A stretch of 64,000 bases of DNA from Vulcanimicrobiota bacterium. Lineage in GTDB: Bacteria > Vulcanimicrobiota > Vulcanimicrobiia > Vulcanimicrobiales > Vulcanimicrobiaceae. How positions within the stretch are numbered: the stretch's first letter is position 1; every line of letters starts with the position of its first letter. Of this stretch, positions 10,569 through 20,464 are shown piece by piece. The position numbers and the translations under genes were made by a program. The stretch lies in assembly GCA_963812155.1 (NCBI GenBank), contig CAWETW010000004.1, positions 32,001 to 96,000 of the forward strand, written 5' to 3'. The notes under the pieces were generated by a model, which did no database searches, was not told where the DNA came from, and was given only the letters and a program-made list of their open reading frames with translations.

Positions 10569-11771
10569 TTAAATTTGCGGGGACGCTCTTGCCGAAGTAA
10601 GGCGCGACGACTCTTCGCTCGCTAAACGCGCGACGTCCGGGTCGAACGATTGCTCGGCAATCTTCAGTTGGTCGAGCGCGAGCGATTTTTGTCCTTGCGA
10701 CGCGTACGCCACGGCGAGCAGGTAACGAATGCGTCCGTCTTCGGGCGCCGCTGCGATGCCTTTGAGCAATGCCGATTGCGCGAGCTGGTAGAGATTGTTG
10801 TGCTCGTAGTCGATGCCGAGGTCGATATAGGCTTCGGGCAGGTACGGGCCCACGACGGTGGCTTGCACGTAATAATCGACGGCGCGCTTCCAATCTCCGC
10901 GCCGGTCGGCGAGGAAACCGAAGTTCACGAGCGCTTCCGGGCGCTCTGGAGCCAGCGAATGCGCGCGAATGAGAAACGGCTTCGAAGATTCGTCGTCGCC
11001 GGATTGCAGGAAAGCGGCGCCGATGTTGTTCGTGCACGTGTAGTTGGTCGTATCGATCGCGATGCAGGCGCGAAAATCTTTTTCCGCTTCGGTGTAGTTT
11101 TGGAGATCGAAGTAGGCTAAGCCTAAGCCGTTGAGCGCAGTGAGCGACTGCGGATCGGTGTCGAGCGCACGCATGAAGTATCCGAGTGCGTCGGCAGGCT
11201 TGTGCAGCGCGGCCATCACCTGGCCCATCTCGGCCTGAATATCGGCGTTCGTCGGCTGCGCGTTGGCGAGGGTTTCCATTTGCTTGCGATAGGCCGGAAG
11301 ATCGCCCTTGCGCGCATGCATTTCTACGAGGTCGGACACCGAGTCGGTCCCCGGCAGCGCTTTATTGAACTGATCGATGGCTTCGTCGACCCGATTTTGG
11401 GTGCCGTAGACGACGCCCAAGCGGTTGTGCGTCTCGCGGTCGCCGGGATTGTGGTCGAGGATGTTCTTGTAAACCTCCTCGGCCTTGTCGAAGCGGCCCT
11501 GGCGGTAGTAGAGATCGCCCAGGAACCGTTCCGGACCGGCCTCGCCCGGATGCGAGACGACGTAGATTTGCAAGACCTTGACGGCCCCCGCCAAGTCGCC
11601 GGCCGCGATGCGCTCCCGGGCCGCTTTGATGGCACCCTGCGGATCCGAAGCGAAGGTCGGCTCGAATACCGATGGGTCGTTGATGATCTTGGCTTGGGCC
11701 GAGGCACGGCCCCCGGTCAGCATGGCGAGCCCTAAGGCCAGGGCCGCAAATAGGTACAAACGACGGCGCAT
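10569..11771 (-). CDS. Secreted tetratricopeptide-repeat protein
   Basis: N-terminal signal peptide ending ASA-Q; repeated TPR consensus such as HNRLGVVY..AI..F.KAL and ALNGLGLAY. Confidence 0.85.
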   Translation of the reverse strand: MRRRLYLFAALALGLAMLTGGRASAQAKIINDPSVFEPTFASDPQGAIKAARERIAAGDLAGAVKVLQIYVVSHPGEAGPERFLGDLYYRQGRFDKAEEVYKNILDHNPGDRETHNRLGVVYGTQNRVDEAIDQFNKALPGTDSVSDLVEMHARKGDLPAYRKQMETLANAQPTNADIQAEMGQVMAALHKPADALGYFMRALDTDPQSLTALNGLGLAYFDLQNYTEAEKDFRACIAIDTTNYTCTNNIGAAFLQSGDDESSKPFLIRAHSLAPERPEALVNFGFLADRRGDWKRAVDYYVQATVVGPYLPEAYIDLGIDYEHNNLYQLAQSALLKGIAAAPEDGRIRYLLAVAYASQGQKSLALDQLKIAEQSFDPDVARLASEESSRLTSARASPQI

Positions 11772-11870
11772 CTCGCTCCCCTTCCCCCGTTCGGTCTCGA
11801 GGTTTCCTACGAGATTATAACGCTTGGACGGGCGCCGCGTGACCTCCGCCGAGCGGAGGAACTCTGCCGG

Positions 11871-13052
11871 TCAGCGGCGCCGCCGGCGGGAGCTATAGAC
11901 GACGCGCGCCTTGGGCGGTTCGGGGTCGATTTCGGGAAAGAGCGGATTTTTGCTGCGCTCGAGGCGTTTGCCCAGCGTATATTCGATTTGTCTCACAAGC
12001 GGCTCTTCTTCAGACGAGACGAACGTGATCGCATCGCCGGCTGCGTTGGCGCGGGCCGTTCGCCCGACTCGATGTAAGTAATCGGCGGCAACCAGGGGAA
12101 CGTCGTAGTTGATTACGTGCCCGAGAGCCGAAATGTCGATGCCGCGCGCAGCGATGTCGGTTGCGACAAGCACGCGATAGCGGCCCTGCTTGAAGTGTTC
12201 GAGCGCACGCGTTCGTTGCGGCTGCGAGCGATCTCCGTGAATCAGATCGACGGCGATCCGATGCTTTTGCAGCGCGGCCGCCAGCCGGTTGGCGCGGGCT
12301 TTCGTCCGCGTGAAGGCAATCGCCGAGTAAATGCCGTTGTCTTTGAGCAGTTCCACCAGCAGATCGGTCTTCTTTTCTTGGTTCACGGCATAGAGCGTTT
12401 GGCTGAGCGTTCTTACCGGAGCGGCCTTCGCCGCGAGTTCCACGCGGACCGGATCGCTGAGAATCTCACGCACGAGACCGGAGATTTGGGCCGGCAGCGT
12501 TGCCGAAAAGAACAACGTTTGGCGCTTCGCCGGTACCTGAGCGATAATGCGCCGGACGTCGGGGAGAAACCCCATGTCGAGCATGCGGTCGGCTTCGTCG
12601 AGCACGAGCATCTCAATCCCGTCGAGCCGCATGGTTTTTTGCTTGAGATGATCGAGGAGCCGTCCCGGCGTCGCGACCAGGACGTCGGCGCCGCGCTTGA
12701 GCGCGGCGATCTGCGGTCGAAAACCGACGCCGCCGTAAATCGCCGCGACCGTAACGTTCGTGTGTTTGGCGAGCGCCGTCAAATGCTTGGCGATTTGATC
12801 GGCGAGTTCGCGGGTCGGAGCGAGAACGAGTGCGCGCGTCTTTCCGCGCGGCTTGGCCATGAGCCGTTGCAGGATGGGCAGGCCGAACGCCGCCGTCTTA
12901 CCGCTGCCGGTCTCGGCGCTGCCGAGAACGTCGCGGCCTTCGAGGGCCGGGGGAATCGCGAGCGTTTGGATTGGCGTGGGTTCGGAGAAGCCGAGGTCGT
13001 TTAGGGCAGCCCGCAATGGCGGCTGCAAGCCGAGTTTTTCAAACGTGGAAAT
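11871..13052 (-). CDS. DEAD-box RNA helicase (RhlE-like)
   Basis: Q motif PTPIQ, AETGSGKT, PTRELA, TPGRL, DEAD, SAT, HRVGRTAR; start uncertain (ATT 13052, ATC 13055 or TTG 13112). Confidence 0.92.
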   Translation of the reverse strand: MSTFEKLGLQPPLRAALNDLGFSEPTPIQTLAIPPALEGRDVLGSAETGSGKTAAFGLPILQRLMAKPRGKTRALVLAPTRELADQIAKHLTALAKHTNVTVAAIYGGVGFRPQIAALKRGADVLVATPGRLLDHLKQKTMRLDGIEMLVLDEADRMLDMGFLPDVRRIIAQVPAKRQTLFFSATLPAQISGLVREILSDPVRVELAAKAAPVRTLSQTLYAVNQEKKTDLLVELLKDNGIYSAIAFTRTKARANRLAAALQKHRIAVDLIHGDRSQPQRTRALEHFKQGRYRVLVATDIAARGIDISALGHVINYDVPLVAADYLHRVGRTARANAAGDAITFVSSEEEPLVRQIEYTLGKRLERSKNPLFPEIDPEPPKARVVYSSRRRRR

Positions 13053-13123
13053 GATTGACGATCTTTCAAGAGTGTGCGCGGCTCGATCGCATTCGTCCGA
13101 AAGATCGCGCAAGAGGTGACTCC

Positions 13124-13153
13124 ACTATGTCACGGAGGGCCCTTTTGCGTCAA
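13124..13153 (-). promoter_or_regulatory. Putative sigma70 promoter of the helicase
   Basis: Minus strand TTGACG-N18-CATAGT with TG preceding the -10 element. Confidence 0.45.
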
Positions 13154-13217
13154 ATGCTGGGGTCGCAGGTCACGCGATGCGACCGGGGAGGGGTCGACTT
13201 CCCAGCCCACTTCCGGG

Positions 13218-14645
13218 CTACTTGACCAGCGGAAGGACGTCGCTCGGCGTCAAGGGATAGAACGTCATCGCGATCACGAGGACCGCGCAGGCCGCGGCGC
13301 TCGCCCAGGCGAGCGGGACGATCGGCTTGGGATCGTGCGGCTCGTGGCGCGGACGGGAGTACATCGCAAAAGCGATCTTCGCGTAGGCGTAGAGCGATAT
13401 CGCCGTGCCCACGATCAGCAAGCCCGACAGCCAAACGTAGCCTGCATTCACGCTGGACGAAAGGATGAGAATCTTTCCGAGAAATCCGGCCGTCGGCGGT
13501 AAGCCCGCCAGGGCAAGCAGGAAGAACGTCATCGCCGCCGCCAGCGCCGGGCGGCGGCGCCCGAGTCCCTCGTAACTGCTCAAGTGCGAACCTTCTTCGG
13601 CGTCGTTCGATAGCGCCGCAGCAACGGCGAACGCACCGAGATTCATGAACGTGTACGCGGTGAGATAGAAAATCGCGTAGCGCAACCCGAGCGCGGTCGC
13701 GCCGGCGAGCGCCGTGAGAATGTATCCCATCTGCGCGATGCCGGAGTACGCGAGCAGCCGTTTGAGATCGCGCTGCGCGAGCATGCCCACGTTGCCGGCG
13801 ATCATCGAAATTCCGGCAACGATCCACATCGGCAGCAGCAGCCGGTGCTCGACGCCCGCGGGCAACGCAGCGTAGACGAAGCGTGCGAGCACCGCGAGCA
13901 CCGCCGCTTTCGTCGCGACGCTCATGAACGCGGTCACCGGCAGCGGCGCGCCTTCGTACACGTCGGGCGCCCACGAGTGGAACGGCACGAGGCTGAGCTT
14001 GAACGCGATACCGATCGAGAACATGCCGGCGCCCATCCAGAAGAGCGGGTTGGCCGCCAGCGCCGGCTTGGTGAAATCGGCGAGCATCACGCTGCCCGTT
14101 GCACCGAACAGCAGCGCCATGCCGTAGAGCATGAAGCCGCTCGCCGTCGACGAGAGGATCAGATACTTCAGGGCCGATTCGCGCGACGTTTTGCGGTCGG
14201 CCATGCCGCACAGACAATAGAGCCCGAGCGACAGCAGCTCGAGTCCGAGGAAGATCGTCAGCAGGTTGGCGGCACCGGCCATCAGCATCGCGCCGCACGT
14301 GCTCCAGAGCATGAGCGCGGTGGAACTCGCAATCCGCTCGCTCGCGCCGATCGCTCCGTAGAGCGCCAGCGACCCGACCAGCGCCAGCAGCACGATCTCT
14401 TCGAAGACGCTCGTGAATCCGCCGGTCATGAAGCCGCCGAAGAACGCGTTGTAGTCGTGCCCGTATTGGTTGGCCACCATTGCACCCGCACCGATGCCGC
14501 CGGCAATACCGATGAGAATGAAGGCGTAGCGCGGCGCGTTACGCGTCAGCAGGTCGGTAAGGAGCACGACGAGCGACGTCACCGCGAGCAGCGCAATCGG
14601 GGCGAGTGCGTTCCAATCGGCCGACGTAAACGGTAGCGCGGTCAT
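13218..14645 (-). CDS. nuoN: NADH-quinone oxidoreductase subunit N
   Basis: ESALKYLIL, FKLSLVPFHSWAPDVYEGAP, KRLLAYSGIAQ and LAGLPPTAGFLGK motifs; ATG at 14645 overlaps nuoM stop. Confidence 0.95.
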   Translation of the reverse strand: MTALPFTSADWNALAPIALLAVTSLVVLLTDLLTRNAPRYAFILIGIAGGIGAGAMVANQYGHDYNAFFGGFMTGGFTSVFEEIVLLALVGSLALYGAIGASERIASSTALMLWSTCGAMLMAGAANLLTIFLGLELLSLGLYCLCGMADRKTSRESALKYLILSSTASGFMLYGMALLFGATGSVMLADFTKPALAANPLFWMGAGMFSIGIAFKLSLVPFHSWAPDVYEGAPLPVTAFMSVATKAAVLAVLARFVYAALPAGVEHRLLLPMWIVAGISMIAGNVGMLAQRDLKRLLAYSGIAQMGYILTALAGATALGLRYAIFYLTAYTFMNLGAFAVAAALSNDAEEGSHLSSYEGLGRRRPALAAAMTFFLLALAGLPPTAGFLGKILILSSSVNAGYVWLSGLLIVGTAISLYAYAKIAFAMYSRPRHEPHDPKPIVPLAWASAAACAVLVIAMTFYPLTPSDVLPLVK

Positions 14646-16030
14646 TTTGGCATGCCCGTGAAGACGGCCATAATTGCGGCCGGCTGGACGCCGACGTAGA
14701 CGAGTGCGGCGAGCAGCGGCGCAACCGCGAGCCCTTCGACCCAGCTCAAGTCGCGCCGCACCGGAAGATCGTCGAGCACCGGTCCGTTCATGACGCCCTG
14801 ATAAAGCCGTAGGAAGTATGCCGATGCCAGCACGATCGCGACTAAGCCGACGATCGCCGGCCACACGTAGCCGGCTTGGAAGATGCCGGTCAGCATCACG
14901 ATCTCGCCGGCGAATCCGGCCAGACCGGGTAAGCCCAGTGCCGCCAGCGCCGCGATGCAGAACGCTCCGGCGAGGCGCGGATTGTTCCAACCCAGCCCGC
15001 CGAGCGTGAGCAGCGAGCGCGTATCCTCGCGCTCTTCGACGTAGCCGACGATCGTGAAGAGCGCCGCCGAGAAAAGTCCGTGTGCGATCATGTAGACGAG
15101 CGCGCCGGCAAGCGCGAGCGGACTGCCGGCGGCAATCGCGATCACGATCAGGCCGAGATGCGAGAGCGAGGAGTACGCAACGACGCGCTTCGCGTCGTGC
15201 TGCACGAGCGCGACGACCGCGCCGTAGACCAGCGAGATCGCGCCGAGGACGACGAGCACGCCGGAGTATTGGCGCACGTAATCCGGCATGAACACCAGCG
15301 CGATGGCGATGAATCCGTAGAGCCCCGCTTTCGACTGCACCGCGCTCACGACCGAGACCATGGGCGCCGGCAGTTCGGTATACGTGATCGGCATCCAGGT
15401 GTGCAGCGGAAAGACCGGCGTCTTCACCAAGAACGCGATCGCGAAACCCGCGAAGATCCACGGCGCCCACGAGCCCGCCAAATGCACGCCGCTGCGGCCG
15501 ATCACGTCGGTCGAGCCGTAGATGACGCCGAATGCGGCAGTCGCGAGCAGCAGCAGCAGACCGCCGGCAAAGTTGTAGATGAAGTAGCGCCACGCCGTCG
15601 CCGGATGCGCGCTCCAGCCGATCAGGCCAAAGAAGACCGGCAGCAGCATCAGATCCCAGAACAGCGCGAACGCCAGCAGGTCGCGCGACAGGAACAGGCC
15701 CAGCATCGAGCCTTCGAGCAACAGCATTAACGCGATGAAGTTGCGCGTGCGCGGCACGTCCGTAGCCGCAATCGCGCAGACCGTGCAGAGCGCGAGCAGC
15801 AGCGCGAGCCAGAACGAGAACGGCGTTGCTCCGAAATGGAAGGCGGCGTCGAACGGGCGCGAGAGCCAACGGAAACTCCACTCGGCGTTGCGCCCGGCAA
15901 CGACGAGTGCCAACGTCGCAAGCGCGACCAGCGTTCCGGCGACGCGCGACACGGTCCGGTCTTCGCGCGGAAGCGCGAAGACCAGACAGCCGGCGACGAT
16001 CGGCAGCACGATCGCGACGAGCGCAAGCAT
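14642..16030 (-). CDS. nuoM: NADH-quinone oxidoreductase subunit M
   Basis: VKTPVFPLHTW, KRVVAYSSLSHLG and LGLPGLAGFAGE motifs. Confidence 0.95.
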   Translation of the reverse strand: MLALVAIVLPIVAGCLVFALPREDRTVSRVAGTLVALATLALVVAGRNAEWSFRWLSRPFDAAFHFGATPFSFWLALLLALCTVCAIAATDVPRTRNFIALMLLLEGSMLGLFLSRDLLAFALFWDLMLLPVFFGLIGWSAHPATAWRYFIYNFAGGLLLLLATAAFGVIYGSTDVIGRSGVHLAGSWAPWIFAGFAIAFLVKTPVFPLHTWMPITYTELPAPMVSVVSAVQSKAGLYGFIAIALVFMPDYVRQYSGVLVVLGAISLVYGAVVALVQHDAKRVVAYSSLSHLGLIVIAIAAGSPLALAGALVYMIAHGLFSAALFTIVGYVEEREDTRSLLTLGGLGWNNPRLAGAFCIAALAALGLPGLAGFAGEIVMLTGIFQAGYVWPAIVGLVAIVLASAYFLRLYQGVMNGPVLDDLPVRRDLSWVEGLAVAPLLAALVYVGVQPAAIMAVFTGMPK

Positions 16031-17963
16031 CAGTGCGGTCCTGCGCCGGCGAGCGCGTAGTAGGCGATGAAGAATGCGGCGCCGAGCGCCAGGATCAACG
16101 CATAGGCCCGCACTAATCCGGTCTGCAGCGACCGGACCAGCGTGCCGGCGCCCCGCGTGATCGCGGCGAGTTCGCGCACGGCGCCGTCGATGAGATGCGG
16201 ATCGACGATTCGGGCCGCAAGCGTGCCGAACAGTTGCGACGTTCGAACGAACGCGAGATCAATGATCGTGTCGAAGTAGAACAGGTTGACGAGGAACGCC
16301 GGCATGCGTTCCGCCTCGCGCCGCAGGCGTTCGACGGCGCCGGCCAGCGCAGTCCGGGTCGCGTAGCGCATCCACGCAATCGCGAGACCCGCCAGCACGA
16401 AGAGCAGCACGATCCCCGAGGTCTGCAGTTCGGTCAACGCCGGCACGGCCGGCAGCGCAGCCGGAGCGAACTGCGGTGCGAAGAACCGAGACCAGCCGGA
16501 GTTTTCGCCGCCGTAAAGCAGCGCCGCGCCGATCGCCACCGTCGGCACGATCAAAATCGCGACCGGCACGTTCATCACCCATCCGGGCGCATGCGGATGG
16601 TCGACGGTCCCGCGGTACTCACCCAAGAACGTGACGAAGAGCAGGCGGAACATGTAGTACGCCGTGATGCCGGCGGTCACGATGCAGGTCGCATAGATCC
16701 ACGGATGGCCGTGCAGGAGCGCACCGTAGATCACTTCGTCTTTCGAAAAGAACCCGCTGAATCCGGGAATGCCGCAGATCGAGAGCACGCCCGTCAGGAT
16801 CGCCCAAAACGCAAACGGCAGCTTCTTGCGCAGACCGCCCATGCGGCGAACGTCCTGCTCGTTGGCAAGCGCGTGGATGATCAGTCCCGACGCGAGAAAG
16901 AGCTGCGCCTTGAAGAACGCGTGCGTGAAGAAGTGCAGCGACGCCCGCCTTCGTACGCGCCGACGCCGACGCCCATGATCATGTAGCCGATCTGCGACAT
17001 CGTCGAATAGGCGAGGATGCGCTTGATGTCCCACTGCGCGCAGCCGAGAATTGCGCCGGTGATCGCGGTGATGCGCGCCGATCGTTCCGACGAGCATGCG
17101 CGCGTCGGCACTGGCGTTCCACAGCGGCGCGCAGCGCGCGATCAGATAGACGCCGGCGGTGACCATCGTCGCGGCGTGGATCAACGCCGAGACCGGCGTC
17201 GGGCCTTCCATCGCGTCGGGAAGCCAGGTGTGCAGCGGAATCTGCGCCGACTTCGCGGCGGCGCCGATGAAGAGCGCGATGCAGATGCCGAAGAGCAGCG
17301 GCGTCCCGAACGATCCAGCCGCCGCAAACGCGTCGCCGAACGACGACCGAGTGTATCGGATGCAACCAGCGCGAAAACCGCGAACATGATGCCGACGTCG
17401 CCGACGACGTTGATGACGAACGCCTTGCGCGCGGCGGCGACCGCCGTACGCCGCTCGAACCAGAAGCCGATCAGGAAGTACGAGGCGAGTCCGACGAGAC
17501 CCCAGCCGACGAGCAATCCGACGAAGTTGTCGGAGAGCACCAGCGTCAGCATCGCGAACACGAAGAAATTCATGTAGGCGAAGAAGCGCGCGAAGGCGCG
17601 ATCGCCGTCCATGTAGCCGATCGAGTAGAGGTGGATCAGGAAGCCGACGCCGGTGATGATCAAGGTCCACAGCAGCGAGAGCGGATCGAGCAACAGTCCG
17701 AAGTCGAACGTCCCGGCAATCCACGAAAAGAGCGGCTGATGCGCGCCGAGCGCGTTGCCGGCATGCTGCGTGCCGTCGCCCCACGAGAGCACCGCCAGCA
17801 CGAACGAGGCGGCAATCACCCCGGATCCCAGCCAGCCGCACAGCGTTTTCAAGCGCGGACCGAAGGCCCAGCAAACGATCGCGCCGGCGAGCGGCAGCAG
17901 CCACAGCGCGACCAGGAGTGGGTACGAGCCGGCGACTCCGAGCGAGTGGTGCACGGCGGTCAT
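16030..17963 (-). CDS. nuoL: NADH-quinone oxidoreductase subunit L, frameshifted in this sequence
   Basis: [63 protein letters not shown] and THAFFKA motifs in several frames. Confidence 0.92.
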
Positions 17964-18265
17964 CCCCGCATCAGCCTCACTTCGTCGACGTCGACGTTCC
18001 GCTCGGCGCGGAAGGTCGTCACGACGATCGCGAGACCGATCGCGGCCTCCGCCGCCGCGACCGTAATCACTAGGAAGGCGAAGATGTGTCCGACGTTCGC
18101 CAGCCACGTGCGCGCGAACGCGATGAACAGCAGATTGGCCGCGTTGAACATCAGCTCGATGCTCATCAGCATGATCAGCGGATTGCGCCGCACCATCACG
18201 CCGGTGACGCCGATGAAGAACATCACCGCGGAGAGCGCGATATAGTTGCCGATCGCGACCGGCAT
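17960..18265 (-). CDS. nuoK: NADH-quinone oxidoreductase subunit K
   Basis: RRNPLIMLMSIELMFNA and VAAAEAAIGLAI motifs. Confidence 0.95.
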   Translation of the reverse strand: MPVAIGNYIALSAVMFFIGVTGVMVRRNPLIMLMSIELMFNAANLLFIAFARTWLANVGHIFAFLVITVAAAEAAIGLAIVVTTFRAERNVDVDEVRLMRG

Positions 18266-18279
18266 TTAGCGCGCCACCA

Positions 18280-18879
18280 CTATTCGCCGCCTCGCAGAAT
18301 CGCTTCGCGGGCCGCGCGTTCGACGCGAGCGGCGCGCCGGCGCGACGGCACGTACGGAACTTGGTCGCCCGCGAGCATGACGACGCCGATGACCGCGACC
18401 ATCAGGATCAGCGCCGTGATTTCGAACGGCAGCAACTGCATCGTGAAGAGCGCCTTGCCGAAATCGGCGACGCTGCCGAAGACCCCCTCGGTTCCGACCG
18501 GTCCGGCGGTCGGCGGCGCGTGCGCGGCGATTGCAGCCGGCCCCGCGTGCAGGACGGCGTACACGAGAAACCCGAGCGCCGCCAGCACGACGATCGTCGC
18601 CGGTATCGCAATTCGGGGCAGGCGATTCGGCCCCATCGAAAACGGCGCGACGCCGCTGCTCAGCAGCGCGATCACGAAGACGAACAGAACGAGAATTGCA
18701 CCGGAATAGACGATGATCTGCATCACGGCCAAGAACTCGGCCGACAGCGTGAGGTAGAGCACGGCCAGCGCGGCGAAGTTGATCAGCAACGCGACGACGC
18801 TATAGACCGGCTTCTTCGCCGAAATCGTCCAGACGGCGCTGGCGATGATGACGACGCCGACGATCCAAAAGGCGATCAT
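18280..18879 (-). CDS. nuoJ: NADH-quinone oxidoreductase subunit J
   Basis: AEFLAVMQIIVYSGAILVLFVF and LLPFEITA motifs; ATG at 18879. Confidence 0.93.
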   Translation of the reverse strand: MIAFWIVGVVIIASAVWTISAKKPVYSVVALLINFAALAVLYLTLSAEFLAVMQIIVYSGAILVLFVFVIALLSSGVAPFSMGPNRLPRIAIPATIVVLAALGFLVYAVLHAGPAAIAAHAPPTAGPVGTEGVFGSVADFGKALFTMQLLPFEITALILMVAVIGVVMLAGDQVPYVPSRRRAARVERAAREAILRGGE

Positions 18880-19472
18880 CCGGCCAATCCTTTGCGTTGG
18901 GTCTTGAGGATCTCGCCGCGCCACGTCGCGTCGTAGCCTTCGGCGATATCGACGGTCGACTTGATTTCGGCGACGCGGCCGAGATCGCCCGGAATACCGC
19001 CCGGACGCTCGTCCGGCGCGGCGCCGACGCCGGCTTCCGGCGGCACGAGCAGGCGATCCTTCGCGTAGACGAACGAGCCGCGGCGGAAGTCGGCCATTTC
19101 GAAACGCGGCGTCAGCACGATCGCGTCGGTCGGACACGCCTCTTCGCACATACCGCAAAAGATGCAGCGCAGCTCGTCGATCTCGTAGCGCGCCGCGTGG
19201 CGCTCGCCGGGCGAGACGCGTGCGTCCGGCGTGTTTTCCGCGCCGATGACGGTGATCGCGTTGGCCGGACACGCGCTCGAGCAGAGTTCGCAGCCGATGC
19301 AGCGCTCCTTGCCGTCCTCGTAGCGCCGCAGCTCGTGCAGGCCGTGGAAGCGCGGCGCGTGCTGCTTCTTGACCGACGGATACTCGATCGTCGGCCGCTT
19401 CCGGAACATGAACTTGAAGGTGATCGAGAGGCCCGCCAAGATCGCGCCGACGTTGAAGAGGTTCTTGCGCAA
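18876..19472 (-). CDS. nuoI: NADH-quinone oxidoreductase subunit I
   Basis: Two 4Fe-4S motifs, CIGCELCSSACP and CIFCGMCEEACP. Confidence 0.95.
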   Translation of the reverse strand: MRKNLFNVGAILAGLSITFKFMFRKRPTIEYPSVKKQHAPRFHGLHELRRYEDGKERCIGCELCSSACPANAITVIGAENTPDARVSPGERHAARYEIDELRCIFCGMCEEACPTDAIVLTPRFEMADFRRGSFVYAKDRLLVPPEAGVGAAPDERPGGIPGDLGRVAEIKSTVDIAEGYDATWRGEILKTQRKGLAG

Positions 19473-19482
19473 TCTGGTTTCC

Positions 19483-20464
19483 TCATCGCAACGCGACGAT
19501 GATCGCCGTGACGATCAGGTTGAGCGTCGCGACCGGCAGCAGCACTTTCCAGCCGAACGCCATCAGGCGGTCGTACCGCAGGCGCGGCAGCGTCGCGCGC
19601 AGCCACATGTAGAAGAACATGAAGCAGGCGACTTTGACGACGAACCAGACGACGCCCGGCACGGCCGTCAGCCGAACGGCGCGTTCCAGCCGCCGAGGAA
19701 CAGCAGCGTCGCGATGCACGAGACCGTGAGCATGTTCACGTACTCGGCGATGAAGAACAGACCGAAGCGCAGCCCGGAGTACTCGGTGTGGAATCCGCCG
19801 ACGAGTTCGGTCTCGGCTTCGACGAGATCGAACGGCGTGCGATTGGTTTCGGCGACCGCCGTGATGATGTAGATGATGAAGCCGACGAACTGCGGGATGA
19901 TGAACCACCAGCGCGTTGCGCGTCGACGATCCCGTCGAGCGAGGTCGTCCCGGCGAGAATCAGCACGCCGATGAACGAGAGCGACATCGCCAGCTCGTAG
20001 CTGATCATCTGCGCGGTCGCGCGCACGCTGCCGAGCAGCGGATACTTCGAGCCCGACGCCCAGCCGCCGAGCGAGATGCCGTAGACGCCGATCGACGTGA
20101 TCGCGAGCATGAACAGGATGCCGGCGTTGACGTTGCCGATCGCCCACGTTCCCGATTTCGCGGAACCGAACGGAATCACCGCATACACCGAAAACGCCGT
20201 CAGCAGCGAGATGAACGGCGCCAGCCGGTAGATCAGCGGATCGGCCGTCTTCGGCGTCAGGTCTTCCTTGAGCATCAGCTTCGCCGCATCGGCGGCCGGC
20301 TGCAGCAAGCCCCACGGCCCAACGCGATTGGGACCGGGACGCAGCTGCATCCAGCCGAGCACTTTGCGTTCGGCGAGCATTGCGTAGGCGAACGTCGTGA
20401 CCACGACGAGCAGCAAAATCGCCGACTTGATGAGCACGACGAGCCACAGCGGAATCGCCGTCAT
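19483..20464 (-). CDS. nuoH: NADH-quinone oxidoreductase subunit H, frameshifted in this sequence
   Basis: [45 protein letters not shown] and [13 protein letters not shown] motifs. Confidence 0.93.

Noticed and set aside
13155..13210. Structured segment downstream of nuoN as an ncRNA
   Set aside because: Adequately explained as a terminator-like hairpin before the helicase promoter.
13218..15881. 887-aa ORF suggesting an extended or fused NuoN
   Set aside because: The N-terminal ~410 aa are an off-frame read of nuoM; NuoN starts at ATG 14645.
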